DNA of 64,000 nt, from the sequence record OQ722176.1, one strand, 5' to 3'. The position numbers and the translations under genes were made by a program. This document shows positions 43,846 to 53,290 of the stretch, in pieces. The notes under the pieces are model-generated. The model ran no database searches and was not told the DNA's origin. It was given only the letters and a program-made list of their open reading frames with translations. Every line of letters starts with the position of its first letter. Position 1 is the stretch's first letter.

Positions 43846-46074
43846 TTGATGCTTGTAGTGAAGTCTTCTGGCATTACAGAAGAATTTGAAGAAAGTAAAT
43901 TGATGCGCGTTTTAGCAGACGCTTGTAAAAACACCACAGTCGATCCGCATCAACTACTTGACCGCGTTAAAGCTCAACTTAGCGACGGTATGACGAGCAA
44001 AGACATTCAAAAGGCAGCGATCAAAATCGCTGCCGATAGCATTTCAGTAGACGAGCCAGACTATCAATATGTTTCGGCTCGTCTTGCTATGTATGGTCTT
44101 CGCAAAGATGTATATGGTCAGTTCGACCCTATTCCATTCAAACAACTTATCGAGAAAAACACAGCTATCGGCGTGTATGACCCTGAAATTCTTCAGAAAT
44201 GGTCTGACGACGAGCTAGAATATATCGAATCTCTTATTCAACACGAGCGAGATTTTGAATTCGCATACGCTGGCGTAATGCAGTTCAAAGAAAAGTACTT
44301 GTGTAAAAACCGCGGGACTGGTGCAATCTACGAAACACCGCAATACGCTTATATGCTAATTGCTATGTGTCTACACCAAGAAGAGAAATTCGACAGAATC
44401 AAACACGTTGTTGATTTCTACAACGCTGTTTCAACTCAGAAACTTTCACTACCAACACCGATCATGGCAGGCGTTCGTACCCCGACACGTCAATTTAGCT
44501 CGTGTGTTAAAATCGAATCGGGTGACTCTCTGCGTTCGATTAACAAAGTATCTGAAGCAATCGTTGATTACATCAGCAAACGCGCAGGTATTGGTGTGAA
44601 TGGTGGTGCTATTCGTGCTGAGGGTTCAGTCGTTCGAGCAGGTGAAATTCGTCACACTGGCGTAATTCCATTCTGGAAACACTTTCAGACTGCGGTTAAA
44701 TCGTGTTCTCAAGGTGGCGTACGTGGCGGTGCTGCGACGTTGACTTACCCGATTTGGCACTTAGAAGTTGAAAAACTGCTTGTACTGAAGAACAACAAAG
44801 GTGTTGAAGAAAACCGTATTCGTCATCTAGACTACAGCGTTTCAATCAGTCGATTGATGATGCAACGTCTTGTTGATAACGACTACATCACACTGTTCAG
44901 CCCTGACGAACGTCACGGTGCTCTATATGGTGAATATCACACAAACCCAGAACAGTTCGAAAAGCTGTATCTTGAGCTTGAAGCTGACCCGAAAGTTCGC
45001 AAGAAACGCATCAAAGCAACTGAGCTATTCAGTATGTTTGGTCAAGAGCGTGCAGGTACTGGTCGTATCTACCCGATCTTTGTTGACAACTTGAATGCAC
45101 AGTCGCCATACATCGAAGCGATCAAGCAATCGAACTTGTGCATGGAAATCGCGCTTCCGACGTACCCGCTTGGTACAGCAGACGAAGAGATCGCGCTTTG
45201 TACACTTGCAGCATACAACTTAGGTGCAATCGAATCACCAAGTGAATTCGCGAAGCTTGCTCCAATCGTTATGCGTGCGCTTGACAATCTACTTGATTAC
45301 CAAGATTATCCAGTAGAAGCCGCTGAGAAAGCAAAATTCAGACGTGCATTGGGTGTTGGTATCACTAACTTTGCGTATTTCTTAGCTAAGAACTTTGTTG
45401 GGTATGATGCTTCAGCTAAATATCTTGTGCATGAATGGATGGAAGCAATGTCTTACTACAACATTCAAGCATCAATGCATCTAGCTAAAGAACGTGGCGC
45501 GAATAAGTGGCATCGTAAGACACGATGGGCGAAAGGTCAATTGCCAATTGACTGGTACAACAAAAATGTTGATAAGCTTGTCAAACCGAATTATAATCTA
45601 GACTGGGAAGCACTTCGCGCTGACGTTATTCGTTACGGTATGCGAAATGATACAACTTCCGCTTTCATGCCATGTGAAAGTAGTTCTCAGATTAGTAACA
45701 GCACGAACGGCATTGAGCCGCCACGTGGTCTAGTGTCAACTAAGCAGTCAAAAGACGGGGTGTTCAACCAAGTTGTGCCTGAAGTTGATTTGCTGAAAGA
45801 CGAATACGGTCTTGCGTGGAAAGTGTGTGAACGAGATAACTTCGGTTATCTAACGCTAGTTGCAATCATGCAGAAGTTTGTTGATCAAAGCATTTCAGCA
45901 AACCAATACTATGATCCATCAAAGTTCCCTAATGGTAAGATCCCGATGGAACGTATTTTCGAAGAACTGGCGTTCTGTAGCCATTACGGTATCAAAACTC
46001 TTTACTATTCTAACACTCGTGACGGTGCTGACGGCACTGAAGACGGGGAAGACTGTGACGGTTGCAAGGTTTAA
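43846..46074 (+). CDS. nrdA: Class Ia ribonucleotide reductase alpha subunit
   Basis: ATP cone; PTPIMAG, QFSSCV, QGGVRGG, SNLCMEI, KTLYY, C-terminal CDGC; late-like AATAAATA at 43812. Confidence 0.97.
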   Translation: MMLVVKSSGITEEFEESKLMRVLADACKNTTVDPHQLLDRVKAQLSDGMTSKDIQKAAIKIAADSISVDEPDYQYVSARLAMYGLRKDVYGQFDPIPFKQLIEKNTAIGVYDPEILQKWSDDELEYIESLIQHERDFEFAYAGVMQFKEKYLCKNRGTGAIYETPQYAYMLIAMCLHQEEKFDRIKHVVDFYNAVSTQKLSLPTPIMAGVRTPTRQFSSCVKIESGDSLRSINKVSEAIVDYISKRAGIGVNGGAIRAEGSVVRAGEIRHTGVIPFWKHFQTAVKSCSQGGVRGGAATLTYPIWHLEVEKLLVLKNNKGVEENRIRHLDYSVSISRLMMQRLVDNDYITLFSPDERHGALYGEYHTNPEQFEKLYLELEADPKVRKKRIKATELFSMFGQERAGTGRIYPIFVDNLNAQSPYIEAIKQSNLCMEIALPTYPLGTADEEIALCTLAAYNLGAIESPSEFAKLAPIVMRALDNLLDYQDYPVEAAEKAKFRRALGVGITNFAYFLAKNFVGYDASAKYLVHEWMEAMSYYNIQASMHLAKERGANKWHRKTRWAKGQLPIDWYNKNVDKLVKPNYNLDWEALRADVIRYGMRNDTTSAFMPCESSSQISNSTNGIEPPRGLVSTKQSKDGVFNQVVPEVDLLKDEYGLAWKVCERDNFGYLTLVAIMQKFVDQSISANQYYDPSKFPNGKIPMERIFEELAFCSHYGIKTLYYSNTRDGADGTEDGEDCDGCKV

Positions 46075-46083
46075 GGTAGATAG

Positions 46084-47208
46084 ATGTCTAAAACGATTTT
46101 CAATAAAAATAAGGTTGACCATCTTGGTCAACCTCTTTTCTTGGGCGAAGACCCAAACATTTCTCGATTCGAAACTGTTAAGCACGGTGTATTCGAACAG
46201 CTTACTGAAAAACAACTTTCTTTCTTCTGGCGACCAGAAGAAGTCGATTTGACTCTTGACTCTCAAGAATTTGATCGAATGCCTGAGCACTGGAAACACG
46301 TGTTCACGCAAAACCTAAAGTATCAATCACTGCTAGACTCTGTGCAAGGTCGTGCGCCTAATATCGCGTTCTTGCCTATCTGTAGTGACAACTCGCTTGA
46401 AAACTGGATCACGACGTGGGACTTCAGTGAAACCATTCACAGTCGTTCTTACACGCACATCATGCGTAACTTGTATTCAAACCCAAGTGCGGTGTTTGAC
46501 GAAATCGTACTCGACAAGTCAATCATGGCGCGTGCTGAAGCAGTTACTGAGCATTATGACAAACTGATTTCTGAAACGCAAAAGCTTAACCAGCTTAAAA
46601 CGATGAATCTTGACGAAGCTCACGTTCTTATGCAAGAAAGTGCAGTTAAAGAAGCACTTTACTTGTGTATGCACGCAGTAAACGCACTTGAAGCAATTCG
46701 TTTCTATGTTTCATTCGCATGTACTTTCAACTTTGCAGAGCAAGGTATTATGGAAGGCAACGCGAAAGTAATGAAACTGATTGCTCGTGATGAACAGCTT
46801 CACCTAAAAGGTACTCAAGCACTTATCACCATCTGGCAAAACTACAAAGATGACCCAGAAATGGCAGAAATTTCTCTTCGACTTCAATCAGAAGCTGAAA
46901 AGATTTTCATGCAAGTTGTTGAGCAAGAGAAAGAGTGGGCACACTCACTGTTTGCTCAAGGCACAGTCCCGGGTCTTAATGCTCAGATTCTAAGTGAATA
47001 CGTTGAATACCTAGCTGATAGTCGTATGCGCTCGGTTGGTTTGAATAGCCCATACCCTCGTCGTAAGCACCCATTGCCATGGATTCGCAAGTGGCTAAAT
47101 AGTGATTCAGTACAAGTGGCAGCGCAAGAAGCTGAACTTAGTTCGTACCTAGTTGGTCAAATTGATTCAACTGTACGCCCTGAATTCCTAAAAACGTTAG
47201 AGGTGTAA
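46084..47208 (+). CDS. nrdB: Class Ia ribonucleotide reductase beta subunit
   Basis: FFWRPEEVD, DSVQGR, ETIHSRSY, EAIRFY.SF, IARDE.LH. Confidence 0.97.
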   Translation: MSKTIFNKNKVDHLGQPLFLGEDPNISRFETVKHGVFEQLTEKQLSFFWRPEEVDLTLDSQEFDRMPEHWKHVFTQNLKYQSLLDSVQGRAPNIAFLPICSDNSLENWITTWDFSETIHSRSYTHIMRNLYSNPSAVFDEIVLDKSIMARAEAVTEHYDKLISETQKLNQLKTMNLDEAHVLMQESAVKEALYLCMHAVNALEAIRFYVSFACTFNFAEQGIMEGNAKVMKLIARDEQLHLKGTQALITIWQNYKDDPEMAEISLRLQSEAEKIFMQVVEQEKEWAHSLFAQGTVPGLNAQILSEYVEYLADSRMRSVGLNSPYPRRKHPLPWIRKWLNSDSVQVAAQEAELSSYLVGQIDSTVRPEFLKTLEV

Positions 47209-47209
47209 T

Positions 47210-47509
47210 TTGGTAGAAATATTTGGTTGGGACGAAAGCGATTTTCGCTGCGTTCCTTGCTTAAAAGCAAAACGACTAGCTGAGACTCGCGGCATGATCT
47301 TTGACTTCATCCCGCTTGCAAAAGAAAAAATCACAGAATCACATGCACACAATCGCGAAGAACTTGAACGTCGTATGCATGAACTAGGTAAAGAGCTAAA
47401 AACTTTACCGCAAGTATTCTTTGACGGTGTTCACATCGGCGGATTTGACGACTTCAAAGCAAAGATTCATTCTATTGAAGAGTCCCGATGGGATGCTAGA
47501 ATAAAATAA
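47210..47509 (+). CDS. Glutaredoxin (T4 NrdC-like)
   Basis: CVPC active site; TLPQVF.DG.HIGGFDD; TTG start after AGGTG. Confidence 0.88.
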   Translation: MVEIFGWDESDFRCVPCLKAKRLAETRGMIFDFIPLAKEKITESHAHNREELERRMHELGKELKTLPQVFFDGVHIGGFDDFKAKIHSIEESRWDARIK

Positions 47510-47516
47510 TTAAAGA

Positions 47517-47552
47517 AAAGGGTTGACAGTAGTCAGCCCTTTTTTGTATTCT
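47517..47552 (+). promoter_or_regulatory. Fused terminator and promoter
   Basis: AAAAGGGTTGAC-AGTA-GTCAGCCCTTTT; -35 TTGACA (47523), -10 TATTCT (47547). Confidence 0.75.
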
Positions 47553-47582
47553 GTGATTGCTAAATCGACATGAGTGAGAAAA

Positions 47583-48152
47583 ATGAAAAAGCTAATTACG
47601 CTGCTTCTAGCAGTTTGCGCGTTCAATGCATCTGCTAGTACACAATGCAACGTTAAATTCAACGGTCAAGAACTGTCCGAGAAACAATGGCACAATGTGC
47701 GTGCAGTCTTTTTAAACGGGTGGTACAATGACTTGAGTTGGTCATTAGCGTCGATTACAATTGTTGAATCAAGTGCTGGGTTGCAAATGATCAACAATCG
47801 AACCAAAGACTACGGTTTAATGCAAAACAACATCAAGACTGCTACAACACGTCTGAAGCGTTGGCAAGAAGCTGGTAGAGATTTCGGTGCGTACGATCTT
47901 GATAACCCTGAAGATGTCAAGACTATACTTCTAACCGACCGCACAGTTTCAGTACAATTAGCTGTAGAAGAGCTACAATACTGGAAAAAGATTCGCGGCA
48001 ACAACAACTGGCGTGAAATCTATGCAAGCTATAATGGCGGGTTTTACAAAGGTAAAGAATGGGAGCCACGTGCTGAAAATTACGCAAATAAAATCATCAC
48101 GACTATGCGCAAGCTGAAAACTTGCAAATCACAACTAATGAGAGGTTTATAA
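47583..48152 (+). CDS. Secreted lytic transglycosylase (SLT-like)
   Basis: Signal peptide; I.IVESS catalytic Glu; DYGLMQ; SYNGG. Confidence 0.8.
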   Translation: MKKLITLLLAVCAFNASASTQCNVKFNGQELSEKQWHNVRAVFLNGWYNDLSWSLASITIVESSAGLQMINNRTKDYGLMQNNIKTATTRLKRWQEAGRDFGAYDLDNPEDVKTILLTDRTVSVQLAVEELQYWKKIRGNNNWREIYASYNGGFYKGKEWEPRAENYANKIITTMRKLKTCKSQLMRGL

Positions 48153-48337
48153 TGGGAAGTATACTACTTGGGGCAACTGCATGGGCGATTGTAGCTAACA
48201 ATCAATGGCTTTTGAAAATCTTCTGTGTGTTCGGTTGGCACTCATGGGAATATACAAAAGGCGGTAAGCGTGAATGCAAGCACTGTAAGAAGCGTCAAAG
48301 TCTGATTCGTGTCGGCAATGACACTGATTGGAAATAA
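48152..48337 (+). CDS. Small hypothetical protein
   Basis: FCVFGWHSW...C..C.K motif; TAATG overlap. Confidence 0.65.
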   Translation: MGSILLGATAWAIVANNQWLLKIFCVFGWHSWEYTKGGKRECKHCKKRQSLIRVGNDTDWK

Positions 48338-48354
48338 ATTTAAAAAAAAAATGA

Positions 48355-48413
48355 AAAAAGTGGTTGCGTGGTGATTAGTAATTGCCTATTATAGCTACAT
48401 CGAAACGAGATAC
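48355..48413 (+). promoter_or_regulatory. Early promoter (56/59 identical to 1632-1690)
   Basis: TTGCGT-17-TATTAT plus full leader. Confidence 0.88.
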
Positions 48414-48450
48414 AGAATCTCAAACGACTTAACTTAAAAGAGAGAAAAAT

Positions 48451-49455
48451 ATGCAAGCTATCATCACTAACGCACTTTACCGCAACACTGAAATCAACGG
48501 CACTTTCACGCTAATCGAGAAAGTTTGGAATAGCTCAGACGCAGCACCAAAAAATGGTCGTATGAAAATCATGCTTGACGGTGCAGTTCGTACGATTCGT
48601 GTTAACAAAGAAGACGTACAATACGTAGATGAAGCTGACGCATCACAAACAGCAGTACCTGCACTAGCGCCTGTAATTGAAGCTGAATCAGAAGAGCAAA
48701 TTCAAGCTCGTATCACTGAAGCGTTCGAAGCAATGGACATCTTCACTGTAGGTGCAATCGCGGGTCATGTTAAGTCTCTTATCATTTCAGGTGCAGCAGG
48801 TGTTGGTAAAACATTCACACTTGAACGTGAACTGAACAACGCACAAGAGCGCGGCGACATCGAATTCAAGAAAGTTGCTGGTACATGTTCTGGTATTGGT
48901 CTGTTCACTAAACTGTGGGAATGTCGTCACGAAGGTTCAGTTCTTCTTCTAGATGACGTAGACGTTTTCAAAGATGAAGATCAACTAAACATCTTGAAAG
49001 CTGCTCTAGACACTGGTGAAGAGCGTTGGGTTTCTTGGAACAAAGCAAGCACTTACCTAGAAGAGCAAGGTATTGAACAAGAATTCTTGTTTGAAGGCAC
49101 TGTAATCTTTATCTCTAACAAAGATTTCGACCGTGAACTTGATGCAAACACTAAGCTATCACCGCACTTCAGCGCACTGATTTCACGTAGCATCTACCTT
49201 GACCTTGGTGTTCACACGAAAGAAGAAATCATGGTTCGCATCAAGCAAGTTGTTACTGCAACTACTATGCTAGAAGACCTTGGTCTAAACGGCTCTCAAA
49301 TCACTGAAATGCTAGTTTGGATCGAAAATCACATGCTTGAACTGCGTACTCTATCTCTTCGTACATGTTTACACATTGCTGATATGATGCTAACATCACC
49401 GACTAAATGGGAAATGCTTGCTAAGATGACAATGCTATCTAAGAAGCGTAAATAA
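48451..49455 (+). CDS. AAA+ family ATPase
   Basis: Walker A SGAAGVGKT, Walker B LLLDDVD, F.G.VIFISN, ALISR. Confidence 0.85.
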   Translation: MQAIITNALYRNTEINGTFTLIEKVWNSSDAAPKNGRMKIMLDGAVRTIRVNKEDVQYVDEADASQTAVPALAPVIEAESEEQIQARITEAFEAMDIFTVGAIAGHVKSLIISGAAGVGKTFTLERELNNAQERGDIEFKKVAGTCSGIGLFTKLWECRHEGSVLLLDDVDVFKDEDQLNILKAALDTGEERWVSWNKASTYLEEQGIEQEFLFEGTVIFISNKDFDRELDANTKLSPHFSALISRSIYLDLGVHTKEEIMVRIKQVVTATTMLEDLGLNGSQITEMLVWIENHMLELRTLSLRTCLHIADMMLTSPTKWEMLAKMTMLSKKRK

Positions 49456-49464
49456 ACTCTTTGA

Positions 49465-49480
49465 GGGGCTGCAAAGCCCC
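49465..49480 (+). other. GNRA hairpin between ATPase and topoisomerase genes
   Basis: GGGGCT-GCAA-AGCCCC; weak U tail. Confidence 0.55.
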
Positions 49481-49500
49481 GATTTTCATTTGAGGGTAAT

Positions 49501-50787
49501 ATGCAACGTACACTATCAAGTATCGTTAATGATGAAGCGTTAGAATACGCTATGTACACAATCGAGAATCGAGCAATGGCAAACGGGATTGATGGACTCA
49601 AGCCCGTTCAGCGTTTCGTTCTCTACAACGTCTTAAAAGACGCTGCGACGAGTTTTGACAAGGTGGCTGCATTAGGTAGCTCAGTGTCAAAGATTGGTTA
49701 CAACCACGGCGAGACTTCGGCACAAGACGCTCTAGCACTAATGGCAGCAGAATGGACAAACAACGTACCGATTGTTCAAGGTCGCGGTAACTTCGGTTCG
49801 CGAATGGTTAAAGAATCTGCATCTGCTCGTTACGTCTATGCGAAGCTACACGATAACTTCAATCTGTACTTCAAAGACATTCACTTGTCACCAGAGCACA
49901 AAGACGTTGAACACGTACCGCCGCAGTTTTACGTACCTGTTTTGCCGATGGTTCTAATGAACGGTATTCAAGGTATTGCAACGGGTTTCGCTTGTAATAT
50001 TCTACCGCATGACCCTGCATGGGTTAAGAAAGCTGTTCTTGAACATCTAGCAGGCAAAGAACTGAGCGAACCAGTTGTCAAGTTCCCTGAGTTCTACGGT
50101 AAAATCGAAAAGATTGAACACAACAAGTATGCTCAAATTGGTACAGTTGAAATCAGTGGTCTTACTGCGGTTGTTACTGAAATCCCAACGGGATTTGATC
50201 ACGCGAAATACATTTTAGAGCTTGACAAACTCGTAGAAAAGGGTAAAATCAGTAGCTATGTTGATGAGACGAGCGAGACGTTTCAGTTTCGTGTTCGCTT
50301 TAAGCGTGGCGCTAAGATGTCTGAAGAGTCAGTCATCAAGACGCTCAAGCTGCAAACGACATTTACTCAGAACATTAACGTAATCGACGAGAACTATCAG
50401 ATTCGTCATTTTGACGACGTGAGAGAACTTGTGAAGTGGTTTGTTGACTTTCGCATGTCTTTCTTACCTAAACGTATTCAAGACTCTACAGAGCGCACAC
50501 AGAATCGGGCTTCACTTGCAATTGCAAAAGTTGAGTTTATCAAGCGCGTTGTTTCTGGTACAATAGTCTTGTTCGGTAAGAAGCGTGCTGAAGTTGCAGC
50601 AGAGCTTAAAGCCGATGAAGCATTCAGCGAACACGTGACAGAGCTTCTAAATATGTCGGTCGACAAAATGACAGACGATGAGATTGCTCGTCTTGAGAAA
50701 GACGCTGAAGCAGCAACGAAAGAACTATCTTACTGGCAGAAAACAACTGCACAGAAAGAGTTTATAAAAGACATTAAGGCAATATAA
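49501..50787 (+). CDS. 52: DNA topoisomerase II medium subunit (T4 gp52-like)
   Basis: DGLKPVQR, YNHGETS, GRGNFGS, SARY catalytic Tyr, PMVLMNG..GIATG. Confidence 0.95.
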   Translation: MQRTLSSIVNDEALEYAMYTIENRAMANGIDGLKPVQRFVLYNVLKDAATSFDKVAALGSSVSKIGYNHGETSAQDALALMAAEWTNNVPIVQGRGNFGSRMVKESASARYVYAKLHDNFNLYFKDIHLSPEHKDVEHVPPQFYVPVLPMVLMNGIQGIATGFACNILPHDPAWVKKAVLEHLAGKELSEPVVKFPEFYGKIEKIEHNKYAQIGTVEISGLTAVVTEIPTGFDHAKYILELDKLVEKGKISSYVDETSETFQFRVRFKRGAKMSEESVIKTLKLQTTFTQNINVIDENYQIRHFDDVRELVKWFVDFRMSFLPKRIQDSTERTQNRASLAIAKVEFIKRVVSGTIVLFGKKRAEVAAELKADEAFSEHVTELLNMSVDKMTDDEIARLEKDAEAATKELSYWQKTTAQKEFIKDIKAI

Positions 50788-51029
50788 TGAACATCATCGT
50801 TGAGAACGGCAATATTTTGCCGACTGATCAAGAGACGTTATTTGCCGACGAGGAAGTATTGAGAGTGCCTAGCACTTTCAATCTTACTGACTTGGTATGT
50901 CATCTTGATCTATACAAATCAAAATCACAAGCCAGACAAGCTAATCGAGTCGGTGAAATACCGACTGGTTACAGTGAATTCAAAGGTAATAAGAAAACGC
51001 CTTTGTACGTCTGGAACCCAACAGAGTAA
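50787..51029 (+). CDS. Small protein, possible S4-like RNA-binding fold
   Basis: L.DL...L..SKSQAR resembles the TyrRS C-terminal S4 motif; weak. Confidence 0.55.
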   Translation: MNIIVENGNILPTDQETLFADEEVLRVPSTFNLTDLVCHLDLYKSKSQARQANRVGEIPTGYSEFKGNKKTPLYVWNPTE

Positions 51030-51038
51030 GGTGCAAAT

Positions 51039-51920
51039 ATGCAGGTAAAATGGACAGAAATGTTCTACAGCATTCAAGGCGAAGGCAAATACACTGGTCA
51101 CGCTAGTTTATTCTTTCGCTTCTGGGGCTGTAATCTTGAATGTCACGGCTTCGGTCAAGAAGATCCAACGAACAAAGATACATGGGTATTAGACTTCAAA
51201 GACTATGATCCGAAAGCTAACAACGTGAATTCAGTTGAAGAACTACCTGTATGGACTCGTGGTTGTGACTCTTCATACACGTGGGCTAAAAAGTATGCTC
51301 ATCTTGCTTCAAAGTCTGAAGTTTCAGACGTATGCGAAGCAATGCTTGACAAACTGCCTAATCGAGTATGGGGAGATATTCACTGGGTGATTACTGGCGG
51401 TGAGCCGTTGATGAATCAAGCACAGATCATCGAAATGATGAAGTACTTTGTTTCAATCGACAATTTCCCAAAGAACATCACAATTGAAACGAACGGCACG
51501 CAAAAGTTCAAGCCAAACTTCAGAGAACAGTGGGCGTTAATTAACTGGAATACGCTGCAATCAGTTACATTAAACTTCAGCGTATCAGCGAAGCTATTCA
51601 ATGTAACAGGCGAAGTTCCTGAAAAAGCAATAAAGCCTGAAGTTGTTAACGAGTATGCTCAAATCGGCAACGTCTGGCTAAAACCAGTTGTCGTAGATAC
51701 CGAAGCTTGTTGGGAAGAGCTTGACGCTGTGGTAGCACAGTTCAAAGCAAAACGCCGATTACATGACGTACCGGTTTATATTATGCCATGCGGCGCTACT
51801 CAAGAAGAGCAAGAGCAGCAAGGTTACATGGCTTCAATCGCAGGGAAAGCATTGGAGCGTGGTTACAACGTTTCTGTACGTGTTCACGTGTGGATTTGGG
51901 GTAACGCAGTGGGCACGTAA
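51039..51920 (+). CDS. queE: 7-carboxy-7-deazaguanine synthase (radical SAM QueE)
   Basis: EMFYSIQGEG..TG....F.R..GCNL.C-x40-CD..Y; ITGGEP; IETNGT; R.HV.IWG. Confidence 0.9.
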   Translation: MQVKWTEMFYSIQGEGKYTGHASLFFRFWGCNLECHGFGQEDPTNKDTWVLDFKDYDPKANNVNSVEELPVWTRGCDSSYTWAKKYAHLASKSEVSDVCEAMLDKLPNRVWGDIHWVITGGEPLMNQAQIIEMMKYFVSIDNFPKNITIETNGTQKFKPNFREQWALINWNTLQSVTLNFSVSAKLFNVTGEVPEKAIKPEVVNEYAQIGNVWLKPVVVDTEACWEELDAVVAQFKAKRRLHDVPVYIMPCGATQEEQEQQGYMASIAGKALERGYNVSVRVHVWIWGNAVGT

Positions 51921-51943
51921 GTGCCCTTTTAATTCCTTTTGAA

Positions 51944-52210
51944 GTGAGAAATATTATGATTCTTTTTGGTCACGTTGTTGGTACTATCGGTATGATTCTA
52001 ATCTGTCTAGCATTCTGGATGGTGACGAGCGAAAAATTCAAGCCTACCGATGATAAGTACTTGTGGACTAATATGTCGGGTGCTATACTACTGACGATTA
52101 GCTTGCTAATCAACTTTAACCTAGGTAGCTTCATGATCGAGCTATTCTGGATTTACATCAGCGGCACCGCACTGTACAAAAACTACAAATTGCGAAAAAA
52201 CGCTAAATAG
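51944..52210 (+). CDS. CBU_0592-like small membrane protein
   Basis: G..G..L...AF...Y...N..GA.LL..SL...N......E.FW..IS pattern. Confidence 0.7.
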   Translation: MRNIMILFGHVVGTIGMILICLAFWMVTSEKFKPTDDKYLWTNMSGAILLTISLLINFNLGSFMIELFWIYISGTALYKNYKLRKNAK

Positions 52211-52213
52211 TAG

Positions 52214-52258
52214 TTGATAAGATTGTCGATTCGTGTATAATCAACTGCGAATCGACAA
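52214..52258 (+). promoter_or_regulatory. Promoter with perfect 11-bp inverted repeat around -10
   Basis: TTGATA-16-TATAAT; TTGTCGATTCG (52223) / CGAATCGACAA (52248). Confidence 0.7.
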
Positions 52259-52277
52259 ACAAACTGGAGAATCTAAA

Positions 52278-52433
52278 ATGTCTAAGAATAAGCAAAGCAG
52301 CAAGCCTCAGAACTTCGTTGCGAAGCATATGAACACTTTCAATCATGCTTCAGTTGAAGAAGATAGAAAGAAGAAGTCGAAGCGTTTGACTAAACGCAAA
52401 ATGAAACACAAAGGGAAAGCCTATGACGATTGA
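52278..52433 (+). CDS. Small basic protein
   Basis: GGAG RBS; NFVAKHM..FN...V..DRKK. Confidence 0.7.
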   Translation: MSKNKQSSKPQNFVAKHMNTFNHASVEEDRKKKSKRLTKRKMKHKGKAYDD

Positions 52434-52722
52434 GGTATCACCAAGTTTACCTTTTCCGCCATCTAAGCCTAAGTTCATCCCTGAATCTGACGATCATCAA
52501 TTCTTTCACGACTGTGCTGGATTTGATTGGTTTTATGAATTCAGTGATGATCACAAAGTTTGGGTTCGTGGAAATCGCGAGTTGTCGCAACTGAAGTCTA
52601 GAATTACTAGTGAGCGAAGAAGTCTGATTTACGAAGCGTGGTGTCGCCATATGTTTAGCGGTCCCAACTTCGGTAAAGATGTTGTCCCTCGCCCACAATG
52701 GGAAGACTTCAAAGATGCATAA
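52423..52722 (+). CDS. Hypothetical protein
   Basis: DWFYEFSDDH.VW..G motif. Confidence 0.7.
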   Translation: MTIEVSPSLPFPPSKPKFIPESDDHQFFHDCAGFDWFYEFSDDHKVWVRGNRELSQLKSRITSERRSLIYEAWCRHMFSGPNFGKDVVPRPQWEDFKDA

Positions 52723-52984
52723 AGACGTACTCGGCAATGTAATCGAAATGAAAGATATTGTGTTTCGTCTTTCTAAAGAAAGATTATGCGTCGAACCGTG
52801 CATCGTAACAGGGTTTACACAGTACAAAGTGCTGTTAAATGATGGTCTACAATGCGATCCAAATCGGGTTGTCGTTGTGACTGAACAAATTCAAAATAAC
52901 GGTATCGACTTGTGGTCAAACACACTCGAATTCAAATATCGTGAGTATATCATCAAAGGCTTTAAACGCCTCAACAATAAGTGA
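52715..52984 (+). CDS. Hypothetical protein
   Basis: Packed ORF. Confidence 0.65.
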   Translation: MHKDVLGNVIEMKDIVFRLSKERLCVEPCIVTGFTQYKVLLNDGLQCDPNRVVVVTEQIQNNGIDLWSNTLEFKYREYIIKGFKRLNNK

Positions 52985-52991
52985 GAAAAAC

Positions 52992-53264
52992 ATGACATTC
53001 TTTCAAAAAATCGTAGCAATCTTCACCAACACTCCACGTCCAACTGAAGACATTCTTGAAGACATGAACAAAAAAGCGAATGAACTTCGCGCACGTGCTC
53101 AGTTCGACCAAGAACAAATCTCAGCAAATGAAGCTGAAACAGTTCGAGTTCGTGAAGAAGCCGAACGTCGTGCGCAAGAACTCGCAGCACAGAACGACGT
53201 TCACGCGAAATCAAAAGATCGTGCAGAACGTGTTGCGAAGCGAGTTGAAGAATTCACTGCGTAA
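52992..53264 (+). CDS. Coiled-coil hypothetical protein
   Basis: GAGA RBS; heptads. Confidence 0.7.
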   Translation: MTFFQKIVAIFTNTPRPTEDILEDMNKKANELRARAQFDQEQISANEAETVRVREEAERRAQELAAQNDVHAKSKDRAERVAKRVEEFTA

Positions 53265-53290
53265 TGTTCTAGATAAGTAACATAATCACC

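Noticed and set aside
43846-47208. Introns, inteins or homing endonucleases in nrdA/nrdB
   Set aside because: Both ORFs are continuous and of normal length (742 and 374 aa) with 9 bp between them
48341-48360. A10 homopolymer as a phase-variable switch
   Set aside because: It is intergenic, in the AT-rich UP-element position of an early promoter like the other copies, and alters no reading frame or promoter spacer
1664-48413. Repeated AGCTACATCGAAACGA motif as a CRISPR array or integron attC sites
   Set aside because: Copies are irregularly spaced kilobases apart and always sit right after a -10 box; no cas gene or integrase seen
48451-49455. Clamp loader gp44
   Set aside because: P-loop and Walker B are present, but RFC-box motifs are not evident and no gp45/gp62 neighbours are present; left as generic AAA+ ATPase
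30019-51920. Calling a complete 7-deazaguanine DNA modification system
   Set aside because: Only queE and a divergent queC-like gene are visible; folE, queD and the DNA transglycosylase dpdA are not in this window
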